Source: the human T2T-CHM13v2.0 reference genome, Homo sapiens
Direction: 5' to 3' (one strand)
Length of the DNA: 64,000 nt
Assembly (NCBI RefSeq): GCF_009914755.1
Contig: NC_060935.1
Below are positions 43,698-57,869 of the stretch, one piece after another (position 1 is the stretch's first letter; every line of letters starts with the position of its first letter). The notes beneath the pieces were generated by a model. It was not told the origin of the DNA. It searched no databases and worked only from the letters and a program-made list of their open reading frames with translations. The translations under genes and the position numbers were made by a program.

Positions 43698-45519
43698 AAT
43701 AAATTACCTTCGTGTTAAACCAGCTAGTACTGAAATTGTTTAAAATAGTTTATAACCAATGCTAGATCCTATATTCCTAGAAAAATAATGAAAGCTTCAG
43801 GTACATTTGGTCACCTGGTGGGCCATTTGAACATTTTATAAAGAGATTTTGTTCAACTGTTATTTTCAATGCATGATTTCTAGTTGTATGAATGTTTTCC
43901 CTTGTAAGAGAGCTGATGTTGTAACAGTAGATTATTATGCTACAATTTGTTTTCACCAGGTAAAGAAAGGTTTTTAAGGTTTGAATCTTCTGGAAACATC
44001 AGTGAAAGACTGTCCTTGCCATCCACACTGCAACAAAACTTTGGGACTTTGGGCTTTGGGTTTATGGCCTCGCAAATGAGAAGGGTCCCTCCACACTTCT
44101 GTTACTGTGTACCCCTTGTAACCCTTGAGGTAAAGTAACCAGGAGAATTTCTCCCAAGAGGAAGATGGTATCCTTGATGTAAACAGCTTTTCCCAAGTTC
44201 ACAGATTAAAACTTCTACTGTCATGAAACTCTTATCTTTGAATGTTTTTTTTTTCTCACTATGCCTCTAAGAATAGAAGTGGAAAGAGGTCTGTTATGTG
44301 CAATAATGGGGTGTACTTTTATTTGTGAATGAGTTTGCAGCCAACCTTACACGTGGATAACCTGATACTTTGATAGACAAAAGATGAAGACCCACTGTAG
44401 GTAAGAAACTTTAAGGGTACATGTGTTGCCTCATAATCATTCAAAACAAAACATTGGTTCACCCCTCTTAACCCACATCATGGGTTAAAGAGAACATTGC
44501 CAGAAGGCCTTCACTCTTCTAAAAGGGCATCATTTTTTTGGTCCTTTTTCCATGGTTTAAAGTAAAAGAAGCAATGATTAGAAACTTATCCCTCATCATA
44601 AACTGTATAGAAAATTCTGTAAAGGCTACCATTACACAATAGACTCCAAATTATCTTGTGAAAGTTATGATAGAATTGGATAAACAGAAGTACCTGTGCA
44701 GCTGCTAGCACTGTGGCCTATGAAGAAATCCATCAAATGTAGATTATAGAAATTTAGGGATAGAGGATTAACAAAGAGATTGCTTAGTTAAGTGGGTAAA
44801 CTCTTTAGCTCATTCTTTGATCTACTTGATTTTAGGAGGTTTGGCTTGGGGGGGTACCTTGGGTAAGGGGCATATTCCAAACTCGGTATTATCCTCCCAA
44901 TAAACATAATAGTCTCCCTGGTGCACTGTATTCTGTCAAAGGTTTTAAATGCTTGCGTGCACCATCTCTAGAACATTGTATATTCTCTTCAACTGGAAGA
45001 GAAGAAATCACTGGGAAAAAAAATGATTGGCTACGTTAATCAAGAGCACCTGAGCATGAAGCCAATATTTTAGGTAAAAATAGGATTCTTAATTTCTGGA
45101 AAACTGAGTTCCTTCTGGCTTATACTTTAGGCCTGGGAGGCAGCAACGTCTTGAGAGAAATGGCAAAATCTTACTAAAGATAATAGGAGCTGAAAGAAAT
45201 GTGTAACCGTGAGGGCACCATAACCTATAAATGATGTGCTGAAACCCAAAATGATGGTAACTGAGAGTGGCACTAAGGCCCTAAATCTTGGTTACACTCT
45301 CACCTAAGTGAGAGCCTGAACAAAAAGGAAAATTTTTTTAAAACAAAATTATGAGAGGACATTGTTTTAGACTAGGCTCATGCACTAGTGCCCAACAAAG
45401 CAAACCAAACCAAAATGGAGTTGCTCATGCTAAGACTTTAGGGGAGCACATAGCTTCTAGAACACACTGGGTTTTGTTTTTTTCTCCTGTAAATCTTTAA
45501 CATTTCTGATAGCATAGGT

Positions 45520-45718
45520 ATTAGTATGTGCATCTATTTCCATGGGAGACACCATTCAGCCGGCCTACAGTCTCACTCTCATATGGGACCATGCAGACCT
45601 TGCTAACTATTTTCTGAGCTCCAACAAAGATCAGACTGCTCCTCAGTACAACATTCTGGGCAGCCACTGTCAATTGGCTTTGAAGGTGAAATCAGTTCCC
45701 TATCCATAGGATGATGTA
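45520..45718 (-). mobile_element. MLT1(C-like) LTR start plus internal remnant; host of the MER57 provirus (continues at 52006-~52110)
   Basis: Minus strand tgtaggccggctgaatggtgtctccc...cacatactaatacc, preceded by purine-rich gagagtgagac. Confidence 0.5.
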
Positions 45719-46579
45719 GGTTAAAGCAAACTAAATGTGGCCAGAGAAGGACTCTTCTATATTTGAGTCCTTGTGGATGAACTGTAACCTAGCTTAATAG
45801 ACAAAATTGAAAACCTAACTTAATAGTATGTACCCATAATAATAGCTGAGTGTTGGCCAATCCCAGCAGCCATATTTCAACCACTCATAGACTGCTGAGT
45901 ATTCAAACTGGATTCAAATAAGGCATAGGTGGAGCTGTAACCAATCTTGCTGTTTCTGTACTTCACTTCCAATTCCTGTACATCACTTTAACTTTTTTGT
46001 CTATGAATTTGTTCTGACCAGGAGGCACCCCTGAAGTCTCTGTGAATCTGCTGTGATTCCAGGGGTTGCCCAGTTCGTGAATTGTTTATTGCTCAATTAA
46101 ACTCTTTTAAACTCTGAAGTTTTTATTTTATCAGATGGTACCAGAAGTGGGATCTGAAGTGGAGCTTCTAGCAACCCCCAGGAGCACTGAATGAATATAC
46201 AAGGTGCCCGCAGGACCCACTTGTGTCCATTGATTTCTCAGAGCGGCTGGGGATCACGGGTAAGCTCCCTCTCAGATTGCAGAGCTCCACGGATTTGTCT
46301 TTTGAGCTCTGACTTTATTTGAGCAAGTTTCTGATCCAAACTGGGTTTGGAGTTGCAACAGAAACTAGACTGGGTCCAGGAATGAATTTGATCCAGGAAT
46401 GAACTGGCTTGGATCTAGTTAGAGGCCTCCTACATCTGACTGGGTCAGGAAGGAACTGGTAGTAAGCAGTAATATTGCAGGAGTTATAAAATTTACCTTT
46501 TGAAAATTCACAGGGATTTTTTGTGTTCTACTCCTTTGTTTCATTTTTCTTGCATGCTTAGGAAAAAAAAATCATTGGC

Positions 46580-46878
46580 GACCAGGCGCGGTGGCTCATG
46601 CCTGTAATCCCAGCACTCTGGGAGGCCGAGGCGGGTGGATCACGAGGTCAGGAGATCAAGGCCATCCTGGCTAACATGGTGAAACCCCAACTCTGCTAAA
46701 ACAAAAACAAAAACAAACAAAAAACACAAAATTAGCTGGACGTGGTGGTGGGCACCTGTAGTCCCAGCTACTCGGGAGGCTGAGGCAGGAGAATGGCATG
46801 AACCCTGGGAAGCGGAGCTTGCAGTGAGCCGAGATTGCACCACTGCACTCTAGCTTGGGTGACAGAGCGAGACTCCGT

Positions 46879-46907
<29 letters not shown>
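46580..46907 (+). mobile_element. AluY
   Basis: ggagaatggcatgaacc, ggagcttgcag; expanded A-rich linker. Confidence 0.92.
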
Positions 46908-46909
<2 letters not shown>

Positions 46910-48504
46910 GGCTACGTTAATCAAGAGCACCTGAGCATAAAGCCAATATTTTAGGTAAAAATAGGATTCTTAATTTCTGGAAAACTGAGTTCCTTCTGGC
47001 TTATACTTTAGGCCTGGGAGACAGCAATGTCTTGACAGAAATGGCAAAATCTTACTAAAGATAACTTACAGTGAAGTGCTTTGAATGAACAACAATGCAT
47101 TGAAGTACATTTAAAAATGAGGGCTCTTGGTAAGATCCCTGTTGGCTAACAACAGGTTTGGCACTACAGGATGTCAACTACTATTCTCTTTGGAATGATG
47201 TGCCTTGTACTCTTTGCTGACAACTGTGGGTGACAGGATTGGCATATACAGGATCGTGGGACATGGGGAAATTTTTCTTCCTCCAAAAGGGAAAACTTGA
47301 GAGCTGATGGGACTGTTGGAAAAAAAAAAAATCCCTTCACAACAACAGCAGCAGCAGCCACCTGAACTTTTCAGTGTTGCTGCAATGGGTGGGTCTTTCA
47401 CTGGCCTCCCTGAGCATTTCACCTGAACATGGTCTTAGGATCCCCATGAGGTTGCTGCTCAAGAGAGCCCAGCAGGCTGGCCAATAACAAACTTTTCTGT
47501 ATGTCCCTGAAACAAACAAAACTTGATGGGGTCTCCATCTTGTCTTATATTCTTGGAGCTTAACCTTGTAACCACTTGACAGTACTTTCTCTTGGCCTCT
47601 GCCTCTCAGGGAACAGGAATTTTAAGGTTTATGTCACGGTTAGTTCTAAAATTATCTTGAGTAGTTAAAAGCCTCTGCAAGCTCAAAATTAACTACTCTA
47701 GAGTCCTTCTAGGAAGGACAATAGAGACTGCTCTGTGCAGTAGCTCAGTAGATTAGATCTTGGCCTTTCACACTGGCTGGCTGGGTTCAATTCCCTGGTT
47801 AGGAAGTAAGCTCCTTCTGGTTTAATATCTGTATAACGTTGTGTGGTCTCTTTTCCTCCATGGACTATCTTAAATTTTTATTTCTCTGAGCACCTGGGGT
47901 GTTACCTTTGGTAAAGTTCAAAAGCTAGAAATATCTGCAATTTGGCCTGCTTAAAATTGGGTAATAAGAAATTTTAAAAGGACTCTATTAGAGTGCCATG
48001 GTTAAAATTCAGCTTAATTAAAAGCAGATATTCAAGCTCTAACAGCACTCGTTGGAGAAAACCAGGCACCAGAAATCCCTTTCCTGGCCCTATTCTTCCA
48101 AGGGCTCCACCCTAAAGCCAATAAGCAATTTAAGAAATTTAAAAACTGGCAAACGAAAAATCTTAACTACTGTAGTAATCTGTCTGTGTAATTATATATG
48201 TGTTATATGTAATGTTTATCTAAAAGAGCTCTAATTAAAGATAAGCGCTTAAATATTTGAAAGCAAAATAAAAACTGTAATGCCTTTCAGTTCATGTAAC
48301 TTTAGTAATCTTTGGGAAATAAAAACAGCTCTAAAGATTATTAATAAAATACATTTTGTCTAAATTATGCAGGTCAGATATTAGGTTTGCTAAATGCTTT
48401 AAGGTCAAACTGCTTTGCCTTTTGAAAATTGTTGAATTTATTTTGAAAACATTAAATTCTAAATAAGGCCTGGGGATATATGGAATTAGCCATGCCCCCA
48501 GCTA

Positions 48505-48915
<411 letters not shown>

Positions 48916-50089
48916 TTAGGGCAAGTCAGAAAGTCTAAACATGTCATACATGGTCTGTGTAAGTTGTGAAAGAATTTATGAAAAGAAATTTATGCCAGAA
49001 ATTTTGTACAATTTAAACGTGATTGGGCCTCCTAAATGCATCATAAAATGCCATATGACTCTTAATTGTAGAGCTTGCCTGATTTATAGCTAGATAAGGC
49101 CTGGGACACAGGGAGTTAGACGCTGGAAAGACTCAGACCTTATCTGCATTTCTGTCTGGGTCCTAGGCTCCAAACCTAGTACATAATTAAAATTCCTTAC
49201 TTACCAAGGTTTTCACCAAAAGTAAGTCTCTAAGAGTAACATTGTAATATGTAATTAAGACTACTGAAAAAGTTTTCATGCAAGGTGTGTTAAGGAGAAT
49301 AAAATGTATTTTTGTAAGATATTATAAGAAAGTACTAGAACATAAATTTTACCTAGGTTAGAGGGTTAAAGCATTGTTTAAAATTAAAGTTAAAGGTTTG
49401 AACAAGTTGCGAAAGGTTTATAAAAATTACAAGAATCTATGTGTGAACATATTGGCTAAAGTTAAAATGGCATTATTCCGTTTTTTTTTTTTCCCATAAA
49501 TTGGACATTGGAATAGAAGCACAACAGTTTTCTTAACTTTTTTCTACTCTGAGGAAAAAAATATAAATTATTATAAAAGTTTTATAAAAGTCTTATGTTA
49601 TGGTCAAACTAATTAAAACTGAATTGTTTTATAAAATGTTATTAAAAACTAGCTTTAACATTAAAAATAGACTAATGGAAACATAAAACTTGATTTTCTC
49701 TTAAGAAGGTTCCGCATTCCATGACTCGTCATAGAAAAGATAAAATAATCCAAATTGAATATATTGATGTGGTAGCTTATAAATTGTGAAAATAGTTTAA
49801 AACCAATGTTTGGTTCCATATTCCTGGGAAGACAATCAAAGCTTCAGGTACATTTGGCTACCTGATGGGCCGTTTAAATATTTATAAGAAGATTTCATTC
49901 AATTGTCACTTTCAGTGCCTGTTTTCTGGTTGTATAAAAGCTTTCCCATGCAAGAGGGCTGATGTTATAACAGTAGATTATTATGCTACAGTGTAATTTC
50001 ATCAGGTAAAGAAAGCTTTTTATGGTTCACTGAGGACAATTCCTTCACAATCTGGAACCTGAAGATTGGATCTTAGAACATCAGAGAAA

Positions 50090-51080
50090 TACCATCCTTG
50101 CCATCCACACTGCAGCAAAACTTCGGAGCGTTCGACCTTGGGTTTATAATCTCACAACTGAGAAGGATCCCTCCATACTCTTGGAACCGTACACCCATTG
50201 GAACATTTAAGTTAAAATTAACTAGGAAGGTTTCTCCTCAGAAGATGGCATCCTTGATGTGAACAGCCGTTCCCCAGATCATGGAACAAAACTTCTATTA
50301 CGAGACTCTTATCTTCGAATATTTTTTCCTTGTTTATGTCTCTATGAACAATAGAGATGAACAGGGGATCTATTATGTGCACTTTTATGGGGTATACTTT
50401 TATTTGCAAGATTTTGCAGCCAGCCTTATATATGAATAACCTTATAATTTAATAGATAACAGATGAAGGCCCATTGTAGGTGAGAAATTTTAGTGGTACA
50501 TATGTTGCCTCATAATCAGTTAAAACTCCTCTTAACCCACATCATGGATTAAAGAGAACATTGCCAGGAGGCCTTCACTTTTTCATAAGGACATCATTTG
50601 TTAGGTCCTTTTTCCATGGTTTGGAATAAAAAAGACAATAATTAGAAATGTCTCCCTCATAATAGTCTCTGCAGCAAATTCTACTTTAAAAGCTATTGTT
50701 ACACAACAGACTTTAAATTCTCTTGTGAAAGTTATTCTAAATGATAGAACTGGCTAAACAGAAAAGTGCCTGTGCAGCTGCTGACACTTGTGGTCTATGG
50801 AGAAATACATCAAATGTAGATTACAAGAATTCAGTTGTAGGGGATTAATGAAAAGACCCACTTAGTCAAGTGAGTAAACTCTTCATTTAGCTCATTCTTT
50901 AATCTATTTAATGTTAGGTGGTTTGGTTTATGGGGACCCTGGGTAAGGAGCATATTCCAAACTCTTGGTGTTAACCTCCCGGTAGTCATAATAGTCTTCC
51001 TGGTGCACTGTATTCTCTCAAAGGTTTTAAATGTTTGCAAGCAGCCATGTCTAGAAGTCAAATGGCCTCTCTTCAACTGG
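50090..51080 (+). pseudogene. env: Degenerate integrase C-terminus and env (TM) remnants
   Basis: LKRTLPGG cleavage-like motif at ~50550. QQTLNSLVKVILNDR heptad/ISD-like start at ~50704, followed by frameshifts. A homologous block lies at 44010-44960. Confidence 0.6.
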
Positions 51081-54000
51081 AATGACAAAAGCTGAAAGAA
51101 ATGTGTGACCATGAGGACAAAATAACCTATGAATGACATGCTGAGATCAGAAACCCAAATGATGGTAACTGAGAGTGAGGCCCGAAGTTTTGGTCACACT
51201 TCACCTAAGTGAAAACCTGGCCAAAAGGGAAATTTTTTTAAACAAAATTATAGGAGGCCATTATATTGGACTGAGTTCGTGCAGTAGGCCATAACAAACC
51301 AAACCAAACTAAAATGGAGTCATTTGTGCTAAATGTAACATAATCAAACTTAGGCTTCAAGAAGACGTATAGATCCTAGAACAGACCAGGTTTTGTTTTT
51401 CTCCCGTAAACAGGATGTTCTGGCATAAGGAGGTACCTTCTACTCAGTCCTTATTCTCTTCTTGAAAAACCCATTGTTCTGTTTCCCAGTGGGTTTCAAA
51501 ACTGTATGAGTACATTTATGACCATGGTAGTAATATAAATGACTAATGTTTTAGTCAATCTCTCAAAATTGAGAAAATGACCAAAAGGGGGGAATTGTTG
51601 AAGCAAACTAAATGTGGAGGACTCTGTACTTCTGTATTTGAGTCCTTGTGGATGAACTTGCAACCAAGCTTAATAGACAAAACTGAAAACCTAACTTGAT
51701 AGTATGCACCCATAACAATAGCTGAGTGTGGGCCAATCCCAGTGGCTGTACTTCAACCACTCATAGATTGCTGAGTGTTCAAACTGCATTTAAATAAGGC
51801 AAACGCGGAGCTGTTAGTAGTCTCGCTGTTTCCGTATCTCACTTCTGATACCTGTACTTACTTTAATTTTTGTGTCCATGAATTTCTTCTGACCATGAGG
51901 CACCCCTGGAGTCTCTGTCAATCTGCTGTGAGAGCTGCCTGATTCACAAATTGTTCATTGCTCATTTAAACTCCTTTAAATTCGGCTGAAGTTTTTGTCT
52001 TATCATATATAAGGCACCTTTCAACACATACATTTGGTGTCTGCTAATCTGTTAAAACTGACAGCCAAGGCCAGGTTTATGTCTAGTAAATAGGACAGGT
52101 TGAAGGGCATTACTTCTCTCGAATATTGGTGGTGTGATGAAAATGTTGTAAAGATTTAATCATCATTGAAGAAAAAATATTTTTTGCATGTTTCTAGAAA
52201 GCTGCTTCCCTGATTTGCTTAAAGAAGAATAGTGTTTTTTTCCCAGCACATTCTTGCTGCTTATTCTTCGTTTTCAGGCTATCAGAATCTTAAAACCTGC
52301 CCAAAATTATATTCACTATATTTATAATCTGGACATTTCCATAAAAACAGAATTAAAAGCTATTGGAGAACAGACCTTATAAATGAAAAATATTTTATAC
52401 AGTTTCCTTGGGCTCTCATTTACATAATGTTTATTTTAGCCTCCTCACTTACTGATGTGGTATTTTAATTTCCTATTTCTAGTTTTAAAAAATTTTCATT
52501 CACTATCTTTTGATACTAGATACATTGTTGTGGTGGGGTGTATGTAGTATGACAGATTTAGTTCAAATTTTGACTGTGCCATTTAAAGAGTAAATGAGCA
52601 AATGGGAACTATCAATACCTGCTCTGTCAGGTGTAGTGAGAGCTAGAGGGGGACATAAACAGACCCCCCCAATACAACTTGTTGCATGAATATGCAAACA
52701 TTCTCTAGGAGCTTTAGAGGTAGATGAAAGATAAAAAATTTCCTTTGATTTAGCAGGGCTATGTGTTTTGAAACTAGAAACATTTGCATTTGAATGTAGT
52801 GACAGAAAATTAATATAGGGTAAAACCTTACCATCAGCCAAAAGCTTTTTGAGCACCTCAGCTGGCAAGGCTGTGCCCTATGATTATACAGTGACATCAC
52901 TTGGGAAGAATAGTTCTGAGGATAATTGTATTCCATGGTGAGATATTTTTGGAAACAGAAACTGTAGGAAAAAATTTAGTTAAAATGGCTTTGTTTCTAT
53001 AGGAATCTCCTGGGTAATAATATAGTTTTGCTCTGTGAGTAAATGGTTGGCACGCTGATTTTTGTTAAAGCATTACTAGTCACATGTTGATTGGCTTAGA
53101 ACTAGAATGCTTATGCATTTTAGATGACCAGAAAGTCTTAATACCTCTGTACAAATCTGTGCATCTTAAAAAGACAATGATCTTTGAATATAGCTTTGTT
53201 TCTGATTCATTCATTGCTTTACATTACCTCACCCCTAAGTTTCACATTGTATCATGTTATTTATATTCCCATTTTAATATTCATTTGTTGTGTTGTGTTT
53301 ATGTGTTGGAAGGAAGGAAGCTCAGAAAGAGCAGAGCTGCCATCTCCATTTTATTAAGTCTCTGCACAAGGACTATTTGAAATCTATGGGGACATGTATG
53401 AGGTACCAACTGCTAACATGAGCACATTGCTGTGCTCCACAAATGGGAGACAAAAACTGGCTGTGCCCGTGAAGAAGTGCAGATCGATGTTTAAAAAGAC
53501 CATGGGCTTTGAAGGCAACAGACCTGGATTCAAACCTTAGCTCCACCCCTTAAGCTGCTTTCCAACCTTGAGCAAAGCATTTAATGTCCAAGTCTCATTT
53601 TTTTCTTTATCTTTAAAATGGTTTTCTTTATCTTTAAAATGATCACAATAATATATATTTACAGAGTTATTTTGGAAGAAGCCAAGTGAAAAATAAAAAA
53701 AAACAAAACAGCACTACACATATTCCTTCAACCACACCAAACCAACCGATCCTATGTGGATACTCAGAACTTGCTACTTACTTCTCAGTGATTATTAGAA
53801 AATTTTTGAACCAATTTTGTGTTTCCTTCCATAATAGAAAAAAAAAATCCACACAAGAACTAATCATTTGATCTGACATCAAGATTACTTGGTATTATTT
53901 TTCAGTAGAGCATCATGCTTTCTTAAATACCAGCTCTGCTTGTAGCTTGGTTCAGTTTGCCTTAGAGGAGTTTGAATAATCTTATATGTAAGTGATATAT

Positions 54001-54209
54001 TAACTACTTTTTAGCTATATGATGGAATTATTCATTCACTGCATATCAAAATATTTATTGGGTGAATAGAATTGTTGAAACAGACCTTGAGTAATTCTAA
54101 AGCAGGTAGACTAACACAATTTTATTCTGCTATTTTCAAACTCCTTTGTTCTTTGATTCATTCAGGCCCATTTGTTTAAACTGACTCATTCACTTAGTAT
54201 TTATTGCAT

Positions 54210-54510
54210 GCCGTGCTCGGTGGCTCATGCCTGTAGTCCCAGCTGAGGACTTTCAGAGGCCAAGGCAGGGATGCATCACCTGAGGTCAGGAGTTCAAGAC
54301 CAGCCTGGCCAACATGGCAAAACCCTGTCTCTACTAAAAATACAAAAATTAGCTGGGCATGGTGGCAGGTGCCTGTAACCTCATCTATTTGGGAGGCTGA
54401 GGTGGGAGAATCACTTGCACTGGGGAAGGTGGAGGTTGCAGTCAGCTGAGATTGCACCATTGCACTCCAGCCTGGGCGACAAGAGCGAAACTTTGTCTTA
54501 AAAAAACCAA
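54210..54510 (+). mobile_element. AluS
   Basis: Alu dimer with a diverged 5' end. Confidence 0.9.
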
Positions 54511-55708
54511 AATCTATTGTAACCCACAGTGTGCTAATCGCTGGCTAAAGTGGTGATGAAGACTGTTCTGCTCTCAAATTGCTTATAGATATGAGGAGAT
54601 TGGATAAGAAAATAGAAAATTGGATAGGTATCTGAAAAAGATATGTATAATTCAATTTATTTTATTTTAATGTCCTACCCATTTTGAGGAGGATTTGGGG
54701 TAGCTTGCAGAAACTAAGAAAGCAAATAGAACAGTCTAGTGTAGCAATAACAAGTTTATCTCAAATCAGAGAGGTCAAGGTTTTTGATTCCTGGCTGTGC
54801 CAATTCTGACAAATGTCAGAAATCTGTTTGTAGCCTCAGTCAAACTGCATGAAAGATGCATATGCTTGAGAATGTGTGTGCATATGCTTATATTTAAATT
54901 TTGGAAACAGAAAAGGAAGATTTGGGTTAATTTTGTTCTCAGATATAGGAGCTAGTGGTATCCTTACTTCTAACTAGACCTTGTACCTCCTGGTTGGTCA
55001 TTGCAGACAGCCTTTTTACTGAGGTAATTTTCCTCGATTGAAGCTACAGCTGTAAAAACATGATGGTTGCTTTGTTGTTCTTAACTAGCTCCTCTATGCT
55101 AAAGACCCAGCGTGAGGTATAGCCAATCTGGCTGCAGTTTCTACAATCTGCAGTTGGCAAATATATTACATCGTGAAAATCTGAAAGTTGAATTGTATTC
55201 CAGGCCAGATAAAGTGCTGATCAATTTAGGCAGATGGGCTGTAGGGATGTATTTTGAATTGGGAGATTTCTTGCTAAAATGGTAGCTAAAGATCTATTGT
55301 TCAAATCCTGAATAATAAGGGATTTGAGGACTCAGAGTTCTTCATTATGTATCATCATGTAGTAACTTTTCTCTAAATGGTTTAAGGGTAAATATTATCC
55401 ACAGAACACTAACCAGAATAATCTCTGAACGTGAGACCTGTTAGAAAAGTTAGAGAAAATGTTATTCTATAAAAGAGATTTAAAAAATTGGTATTGTGTA
55501 TTAAGGCATTATGAAAACAATTCAAAAAATATTTACTAAGTTTTTGCTATATGCCAGACATCTTAAAGAATCTGAAAAGAACTAGAAAACAAACAGTTTA
55601 ATACCTAAACTCATTATTTGGAAAACCAATAATATAGGGAAAGAATTTCTCCCTTTCCTATGTGAATTATTTTTCAGGATGTCCAAATTGTTGAGGGAAA
55701 GTGTCTTT

Positions 55709-56570
<862 letters not shown>

Positions 56571-56619
56571 GGGAAAGTTCTTTTTATGGAAGTATTTAAG
56601 CTAATGAAATGCGAATAAA

Positions 56620-57680
56620 TAATAGCTCTAAACCGTGATCATCAATGACTAATACAATAGAAAGAGAATAACCAGAAAACGCAAGTCTTATAATAGAGGT
56701 CAGTATTACTGCTTTGAAGTAGCATTGTCAAAAATTCTAACCTGAATCTATTAGCTCTTTAGACCTATCAATTTACAGGAAATACGAAGGATCAAAAAAA
56801 TGTCTTAACATAGTGATGTAATCAGTAAAAGCTTAGCTGTGGGAAACTACAAGACAGATGAGCCAGTGTTTTTCAACACAGAAATTGTAAAAATAAAAAG
56901 CATGAGAGAAGAGGAACTCTATGGATTAAAAAAGAAACATACCAGCAGGGCATGAGACGGGCTCCGGTAGTACCAGCTACTCAGCCTGGGCAACATATTA
57001 TAGCAAGACCCTATCTAAAAAGCAAAAACATATATGCCAATTGAAGTTTGTGGGTCTTATTACAATGCTGATTCAATTACAGAGAGAGTAAAATATATAT
57101 ATTTTTAAATTAAAAAAATATTTGGAGACAGGTTCTCATTCTTTCATCCAGCCTCCCAAGTAGCTGGGACTACAGGTGTGTGTAACTGCATCCAGCTTAG
57201 TTTTAAAAATTTTTTGTGGAGCGAGGGTCTCACCTTGTCCAGGCCGGTCTCAAACTCCTGGCTTTAAGCAATCCTCCCACCTTGGCTTCCCAAAGTGCTG
57301 GAATTACAATTACAGGCATAAGCCACTGTGCCCAGCCAGTAAAAAATATTTTTGAAGCAATTAAAGAGATGTGAGCACTCACTGGGTATTTAATGATATT
57401 AATGAATTCTGTAAGTATTTAGCAGGGCTAATCGAATTATGATTATATTTTACAAAGATACATGTTGAAATATGTATGGAAGAGAGATTGATGTCCAAGA
57501 ATTGTTTTAAAGTCACCTGGAGAAGCAGAAAAGTAGGTGGAAATATGGATGAAACGAGATGGCTCACAAATTAAGAATTGTTTAAGCTGGCTAATAGGTG
57601 GGTAGGGGTTCATTATACCATTCTTTCTACTTGTAAAAATATTTGAAACTTTCCATAATAAATGCCTTACTAGAAAGTTG
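56620..57680 (+). mobile_element. Old L1M 3'-end fragments with embedded partial Alus (56945-57025; AluJ-like minus 57120-57337)
   Basis: ggggttcattataccattctttctacttg...tttgaaactttccataataaa is typical of old L1M 3' ends. Confidence 0.6.
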
Positions 57681-57869
57681 AAAAATGAGTAAAACCCTAA
57701 TCTTGCCTGGAAGCATTTCAGAATCTAATCCGATAGGCAAGCATGTATGCAGATAATTGTGAAACAATGTGATATTAGCTTTAATTAGAGTGTGATCAGA
57801 GTGTTGAGGAGCACAAAGAGAAAAGGGGTCATATCACAATTGTAAGAATGTAACTTAGAGGATGTGAAA

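Larger units (their letters stand above)
35966..45520 (+). mobile_element. MER51 provirus: MER51B-like 5' LTR (35966-36321) and internal region; 3' LTR absent
   Basis: LTR tgaggcaggaaaatagggtctggaggcaggg...ttaaca. PBS 36327-36344 matches tRNA-Arg(ACG) at 14/18. Splice donor gtaagc at 36351. Integrase and env remnants at 44.0-45.0 kb. Confidence 0.85.

Noticed and set aside
50540-51080. Domesticated env (syncytin-like) gene
   Set aside because: Multiple stops and frameshifts and a deleted immunosuppressive-domain core.
52832-52961. Assigning the exon-B peptide to a short-chain cytokine family
   Set aside because: The resemblance is limited to a few residues and cannot be supported without a profile search.
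53601-53641. 21-bp-period duplication in a MIR, and a small hairpin at 24130-24152
   Set aside because: Ordinary short slippage or fold-back events; no functional indication.
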